Source: an uncultured virus (IMG/VR IMGVR_UViG_3300040960_001631)
Lineage: Duplodnaviria > Heunggongvirae > Uroviricota > Caudoviricetes
DNA length: 57,997 nt
IMG/VR virus record: IMGVR_UViG_3300040960_001631
Span: 62,001-119,997 of that record
Direction: 5' to 3' (one strand)
Shown here: positions 53,236 through 57,997 of the stretch, one piece after another
Layout of the letters: each line of letters starts with the position of its first letter
Numbering within the stretch: position 1 is the stretch's first letter
Notes under the pieces: model-generated
What the model was told of the DNA's origin: nothing
Databases searched by the model: none
Seen by the model: only the letters and a program-made list of their open reading frames with translations
Program-made: the position numbers and the translations under genes

Positions 53236-54447
53236 TTATATGTCAAATTACTATTTTAAAGAGACTGATCTTAATCCTTTGTATAATGAAGTTTCATCTT
53301 TTTTAGAAGAAACTGTTTCATTATGCCATGTATGTTACAAGCACCTACCTGCATTAAAGTACGAAAAGAATGGAAAATTATATCTTGTAAAATACTGCCA
53401 GGATCACGGCATACACCATTATGTTATAGAAAATGATATAGACTTTTATCAAAGTTTGAACTGTGAATATGTGCCGCCCTGGGATTTCAACGGGGGCGTT
53501 ATGATTGAAGGAAGTGACAGATGCAATTTAGATTGTCCTCATTGCTATCATATACCTAATAATAAACTAAAAGATCCTGCACAAGAATTATTAATGTCAC
53601 AAATTGCACATATTGAATCTAAATTAAGATGGCCGGGGGATCCTTTTTGGGTAGTTCTACTAGCAGGTGCCGAACCTACATTAAGGAAAGATTTTTCATA
53701 CCTATTAGAAAGAATAAAAACAGAATATAATAATACTATACAATGCTATGTAATGTCCAATGGCATAAAATTTGAGGACATGAACTTTGTAAAATCCTCA
53801 AAATCTGCAGGGCTAGATAATGTTTGCTTTGGTTTAAATCATCCTACTTACAATAATAATATGATAATTAGAAACAAACAAGAACGTGCAGTATACAATA
53901 TTCTAGAAGAAGGATTAGGTTTACATTATCTTAGTTATACCATGAATAACTTTAATGAATTAAATGATATCATGGAAGAAATTTTGTACAAGGGATGGAC
54001 ACCTACTCACTTTAGAATTCGTTACGGAAGTGATATTGGTAGAAACACAGGACAAGAGAGATTGTTTTTAAGCGATGTCTTTAAAGGTGTAAAAAAATGG
54101 TGTCAAGATAATAATAAAAGTTTCGAAGTTGTCGAACCTGCAGACAATAACATATACCATATCATGGTAAAAGTAGAAAACAAATACATCAGGTTAATCC
54201 AGTGGTGTGACGAATACGATATTGATATGGAGAGTTTAAAGTCAGGTCCGTGGAGTAATTTTACACCAGGTCCTATAACTAACTTTTTAAATCAAATCAT
54301 TAGAAGAAATGCGTGGAAAAATAAAGGATTACCTCTTTTAGACAGTCCGCCAGAAAGATATCAAATTAGACAGATACCTATAACCGATAAGTTAGATCTT
54401 AAAAAATTAATATAACCCTATTTTTAGATAAGTAATTATATGTCAAA
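53226..54447 (+). repeat. 22-bp perfect direct repeat bracketing the radical SAM gene (53226..53247 and 54426..54447)
   Basis: agataagtaattatatgtcaaa occurs twice, 1200 bp apart; each copy contains a late-type box and a start codon. Confidence 0.9.
53240..54415 (+). CDS. Radical SAM enzyme with N-terminal Cys3-His metal-binding domain
   Basis: CNLDCPHC (CxxxCxxC), LAGAEPT (GGEP variant), SNG; N-terminal SLCHVC-x20-C-x2-HG. Confidence 0.85.
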   Translation: MSNYYFKETDLNPLYNEVSSFLEETVSLCHVCYKHLPALKYEKNGKLYLVKYCQDHGIHHYVIENDIDFYQSLNCEYVPPWDFNGGVMIEGSDRCNLDCPHCYHIPNNKLKDPAQELLMSQIAHIESKLRWPGDPFWVVLLAGAEPTLRKDFSYLLERIKTEYNNTIQCYVMSNGIKFEDMNFVKSSKSAGLDNVCFGLNHPTYNNNMIIRNKQERAVYNILEEGLGLHYLSYTMNNFNELNDIMEEILYKGWTPTHFRIRYGSDIGRNTGQERLFLSDVFKGVKKWCQDNNKSFEVVEPADNNIYHIMVKVENKYIRLIQWCDEYDIDMESLKSGPWSNFTPGPITNFLNQIIRRNAWKNKGLPLLDSPPERYQIRQIPITDKLDLKKLI

Positions 54448-56020
54448 GAGTTTAGATGGAGTATTAACCAAAAAGGCTAATACAAAAGAAACATATACAG
54501 AAGAACAAATACAGGATCTTATGCAGTGTATGGATCCTGAAAAAGGCTATTTGTATTTTGCACGTAAGTTTGCATATATCCAACATCCTGTAAAAGGCAA
54601 GCTATTGTTTGAACCTTTTGAATACCAACTAGGATTAATGGAAACGTATCATAATTATCGTTTTAACATTAACATGATGCCACGACAAACTGGTAAGACA
54701 ACGTGTGCTAGTATCTATCTTGCTTGGTATGCAATGTTTAATCCAGATCAAACTATTCTTATTGCTGCACACAAATACACAGGTGCGCAAGAGATTATGG
54801 CTCGTATACGCTATGTGTATGAAACTTGTCCTGATCATATTAGAGCAGGTGTTACATCGTATAACAAAGGTAGCATAGAGTTTGAGAATGGTAGTAGGAT
54901 TGTAAGCCAAACAACAACAGGCAACACAGGACGTGGTATGAGTATATCATTACTATACTGCGACGAGTTTGCGTTTGTACAACCAAACATTGCTGAAGAA
55001 TTTTGGACTTCAATTTCACCTACACTAGCAACAGGTGGTCGTGCTATTATTACAAGTACACCAAACTCAGACGAAGATACATTTGCTACTATTTGGAAAC
55101 AAGCAGAACAACGTTTTGATGATCATGGCAACGAAAGTGAACTAGGTATTAACGGATTCCGTTCGTTTGTGGCACGTTGGGACGAACATCCTGATCGTGA
55201 CGAAGTGTGGAAAACTGAAGAAATTGGACGTATTGGAGAAGAAAAATTCCGTCGTGAATACGGCTGTGAATTCTTAGTATTTGACGAAACACTAATTAAC
55301 TCAATTAAACTTGCAGTAATGGAAGGCGATTCGCCAATACTAAATATGGGTCAAACACGTTGGTACAAAAAGCCTACAAGTCAATACACATATGCAATAG
55401 CACTAGATCCTAGTATGGGCACGGGTGGAGATAACGCTGCTATACAGGTATTCGAATTGCCTACATATGAACAAGTTGCAGAATGGCAGCATAATCAAAC
55501 TGCTATACCTGGACAAATACGTGTATTATCAGACATATGTAGATATATAGAAGAATGTACAAAAAACCCGCAGGGTATATATTGGAGTGTAGAAAACAAT
55601 GGGTTGGGAGAAGCCGCACTTATCGTTATCAATGACTTTGGGGAGGAAAATATCCCTGGTCTGTTTGTTAGTGAACCCATACGTAAAGGACACGTTAGAA
55701 AGTTCCGCAAAGGATTTAACACAACACACAGCACCAAAGTTACAGCTTGTTCCAGACTTAAAACAATGATAGAGAATGACAAAATGATTGTACATTCTAA
55801 ACCATTTATATCAGAATTAAAAGGCTATGTTGCTACAGGATCAAGTTACCAAGCTAAAAATGGAATGACAGACGACTTAATTAGTGCAACACTTTTATCA
55901 TTAAGAATGATGGATGTATTAAAAGATTGGGATCCAAGAGTCTACAATACATTCACACAAGCAGAAGACCTAGAAGATTACGAACCGCCAATGCCGATCT
56001 TTATTAGCAGCAACTATTGA
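54440..56020 (+). CDS. gp17: Terminase large subunit
   Basis: Q-motif (FEYQ), Walker A PRQTGKTT, FENGS, GRG, Walker B LLYCDEFAF, ITSTPN, FRREYGCEF, nuclease motifs ALDPSMGTGGD, VENN and DDL. Confidence 0.97.
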   Translation: MSKSLDGVLTKKANTKETYTEEQIQDLMQCMDPEKGYLYFARKFAYIQHPVKGKLLFEPFEYQLGLMETYHNYRFNINMMPRQTGKTTCASIYLAWYAMFNPDQTILIAAHKYTGAQEIMARIRYVYETCPDHIRAGVTSYNKGSIEFENGSRIVSQTTTGNTGRGMSISLLYCDEFAFVQPNIAEEFWTSISPTLATGGRAIITSTPNSDEDTFATIWKQAEQRFDDHGNESELGINGFRSFVARWDEHPDRDEVWKTEEIGRIGEEKFRREYGCEFLVFDETLINSIKLAVMEGDSPILNMGQTRWYKKPTSQYTYAIALDPSMGTGGDNAAIQVFELPTYEQVAEWQHNQTAIPGQIRVLSDICRYIEECTKNPQGIYWSVENNGLGEAALIVINDFGEENIPGLFVSEPIRKGHVRKFRKGFNTTHSTKVTACSRLKTMIENDKMIVHSKPFISELKGYVATGSSYQAKNGMTDDLISATLLSLRMMDVLKDWDPRVYNTFTQAEDLEDYEPPMPIFISSNY

Positions 56021-56030
56021 TAAATACATT

Positions 56031-57997
56031 ATGCGTAAAATGAATAATATAAGTGAAGATCTTTTTAATAAATTACGTAGTCGATTTAATGACATTACAA
56101 TCGGCGACGAAAATGGAACTGTGACTAACGAGCCAAACGAAGCTAGATTTTTTGATTTTAGCTATTCAAATAATGGTACTAAAATAGGTAAAGTTAGTGT
56201 TAGTATATCTGAAGAAGAAGGTTTAAAGGTTATATATTCAAAAGATATTATAGAAAATCAAGATGATATATCAAAGAAAAATTGGTTTGATTTTCTTAAA
56301 GAATTAAGAGTTTTTAGTAAGAAACGAATGTTAGATTTTAGTATAAGAGATATTAACAAAACAAATTTAACAAAAAGAGATTACAATTTTTTAGCAAATC
56401 GATCTGGGGACGATACAATGACAGAATCAAAACTTTATGGCACTAGTCGTGTAAGCTACCAAAAAGTAGGCGAGGCACGTATTGTTATTAAGCATACAGA
56501 AAATATAAATCAAGAGAGTGCTACAAGCAGAACACAAAAGATCGGAAAGATCTATATTGAATCGGCAGAAGGCGAAAGATTCCGTTATCCTTACAAACAC
56601 CTAAGTGGTGCAAGAGCGATGGCAATGCACGTAAGCGAAGGCGGCAATGCTTATGATGATTTTGGTAAGCACATTGTAGGCCTATCAGAAGAAATGGCAA
56701 AACTACGCAAGTTCAAAAACTACATGGGTCGTAGTGCTGTAATGGCAGAAAGCCTTGCAGGATATACAGATATTGTCAAAGAGCGTATTGCTACAGTTAA
56801 AAAAGAAATAGCGTCATTACAAAAGCCAGCATACTACAAAGAAGCATTTGAAACATTTAATCCCCCAGTACTAGAAGATGTTCCAAATGATGTTGCTGAA
56901 AATTGGATTGATGAACTAACTATTCGTCAGTTTAATGAAGAACTACAAGACATCTTCCCTTACATTTATAATCTAGTAAAAGAAGGCACAAAGGCTAAAG
57001 AACTAGGACCAGATGATTTACTAGGCGAATCAGACGAACAGCTTGACGAATTTCTTCCAGCATTAGCTGTTCCTGCATTATTAACAGCAGCTAGAGCAGC
57101 AATTCCTGCACTAACAAGAATAGGTGCAAGTATTCTTGCTAAAAGAGGCGCAGCAGCAGCGGCAGCCGGACAAGTTGCAAAAGGTGCCGGACAAGTTGCA
57201 AAAGGTGCCGGAAAGTTTGCTGTAAAAAACCCAATCAAGACAACAGTTGCAGGAGTAGCAGCAGCAAATCCAGATGCTACAATGAACGTTATTAATACAG
57301 GAAAAGATATTGCAAAAGGTGTAGGTGATGCGGCAGCCGCTGCACAAGGCGCAGCTCAAACTGCACAAGATACAATGACAGGATTAGCAACTACAGCACA
57401 AGAAGTGATGGATAAAGCCAGCCAAGGTATAGACGGTATACAAGGTGAAATTTCAGCGTTCTTAGGTGGCGGCGCACTAAAACAGATTGCATCAGCTGCT
57501 TCAAAATATGCACTACCAGTACTTGCTGTTATTGCATTATTGTACGGCGGCAAAAAAGTAATTAACTGGCTAATGGGTAAAAGTAAAGAACCAAGAACCG
57601 AAGATATAGAAGAGTTTGAATTAGAACAGGCTTTTGAAGACACTATGGGTCAATTTGCTGACAGTGTATGTGAAGAATGTGGCAACCCAAGCTGGCGCAC
57701 ACTTGACGAAGAAAAACAAAAAGGCGTTGATGGCAAAGTATGCTGGAAAGGCTACAAGCGCATGGGTACCAAAATGAAAGGTGGCAAGCGTGTAGATAAC
57801 TGTGTTAAAGTAGGCGAAGATGATACAGACGAAGGCAATGCATATGCTAACGCTGTGCGTCAGGCTAAGAAAGATGGCAAGAAAAAAGGTGACAAGATCC
57901 AAGGTCCAGACGGTGACGAGATCACACTGGAAAAAGATCAAAAGGCACCACTAGGCGAGTTCATATTAAGTTATTATGATAGAGAAACAGGCGAGTT
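56031..57997 (+). CDS. Large modular protein, 3'-truncated and absent from the ORF track; probable capsid-internal polyprotein
   Basis: Open frame from ATG 56031 (MRKMNNISEDLFNKLRSRF...GERFRYPYKHLSGARAMAMHV...) to the window end with no stop; late box ATAAATA at 56020..56026. Confidence 0.8.
   Translation, partial: MRKMNNISEDLFNKLRSRFNDITIGDENGTVTNEPNEARFFDFSYSNNGTKIGKVSVSISEEEGLKVIYSKDIIENQDDISKKNWFDFLKELRVFSKKRMLDFSIRDINKTNLTKRDYNFLANRSGDDTMTESKLYGTSRVSYQKVGEARIVIKHTENINQESATSRTQKIGKIYIESAEGERFRYPYKHLSGARAMAMHVSEGGNAYDDFGKHIVGLSEEMAKLRKFKNYMGRSAVMAESLAGYTDIVKERIATVKKEIASLQKPAYYKEAFETFNPPVLEDVPNDVAENWIDELTIRQFNEELQDIFPYIYNLVKEGTKAKELGPDDLLGESDEQLDEFLPALAVPALLTAARAAIPALTRIGASILAKRGAAAAAAGQVAKGAGQVAKGAGKFAVKNPIKTTVAGVAAANPDATMNVINTGKDIAKGVGDAAAAAQGAAQTAQDTMTGLATTAQEVMDKASQGIDGIQGEISAFLGGGALKQIASAASKYALPVLAVIALLYGGKKVINWLMGKSKEPRTEDIEEFELEQAFEDTMGQFADSVCEECGNPSWRTLDEEKQKGVDGKVCWKGYKRMGTKMKGGKRVDNCVKVGEDDTDEGNAYANAVRQAKKDGKKKGDKIQGPDGDEITLEKDQKAPLGEFILSYYDRETGE
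57165..57212 (+). repeat. 21-bp perfect tandem duplication, in frame (AGQVAKG x2)
   Basis: gccggacaagttgcaaaaggt twice, then gccgga. Confidence 0.9.

Noticed and set aside
54440..56020. Intein or intron in the terminase
   Set aside because: The ORF is a continuous 526 aa with normally spaced ATPase and nuclease motifs.
1..57997. CRISPR array, tRNA genes, integrase or transposase; bacterial LPS locus origin
   Set aside because: I saw no regularly spaced repeats, cloverleafs or recombinase motifs. The hld genes are embedded among T4-like virion genes with phage-type signals, so this is not a bacterial chromosome segment.

Overview
This window is a 58-kb, AT-rich, gene-dense segment of a large T4-like (myovirus) bacteriophage genome in the standard genetic code, covering the virion-morphogenesis region. 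Bases 1-35100 encode very large, paralogous, modular Thr/Ser-rich virion or fibre proteins, two extremely Cys-rich glycine-rich adhesin-like proteins, three 2OG-Fe(II) oxygenases, a GT9-like glycosyltransferase, a carbamoyltransferase and a degenerate GmhB paralog. Bases 35097-38046 hold an ADP-heptose operon (hldE, hldD, cupin, gmhB) under a perfect sigma70 promoter. Bases 38071-57997 hold the T4-like core (gp15, gp14, gp13, sheath, tube, gp4, likely small terminase, large terminase, internal-protein-like ORFs), interrupted by accessory genes (NUDIX, dNMP kinase, HNH-like, two sulfotransferases, SGNH-like, radical SAM). The best candidate for a novel system is a phage-encoded heptose glycosylation and decoration pathway with early donor synthesis, late transferases and Cys-rich adhesins as possible acceptors, in which a cupin may replace GmhA. 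Other leads are a GC-rich structured 5' leader RNA (2367-2491), leaderless late genes, a phycobiliprotein-like C-x-R-D motif and blue-copper sites in virion proteins, and a Tes-like radical SAM gene flanked by a 22-bp direct repeat. All family assignments come from motif recognition by eye; no database search was run. I saw no tRNA, CRISPR array, integrase, intein or reverse transcriptase.
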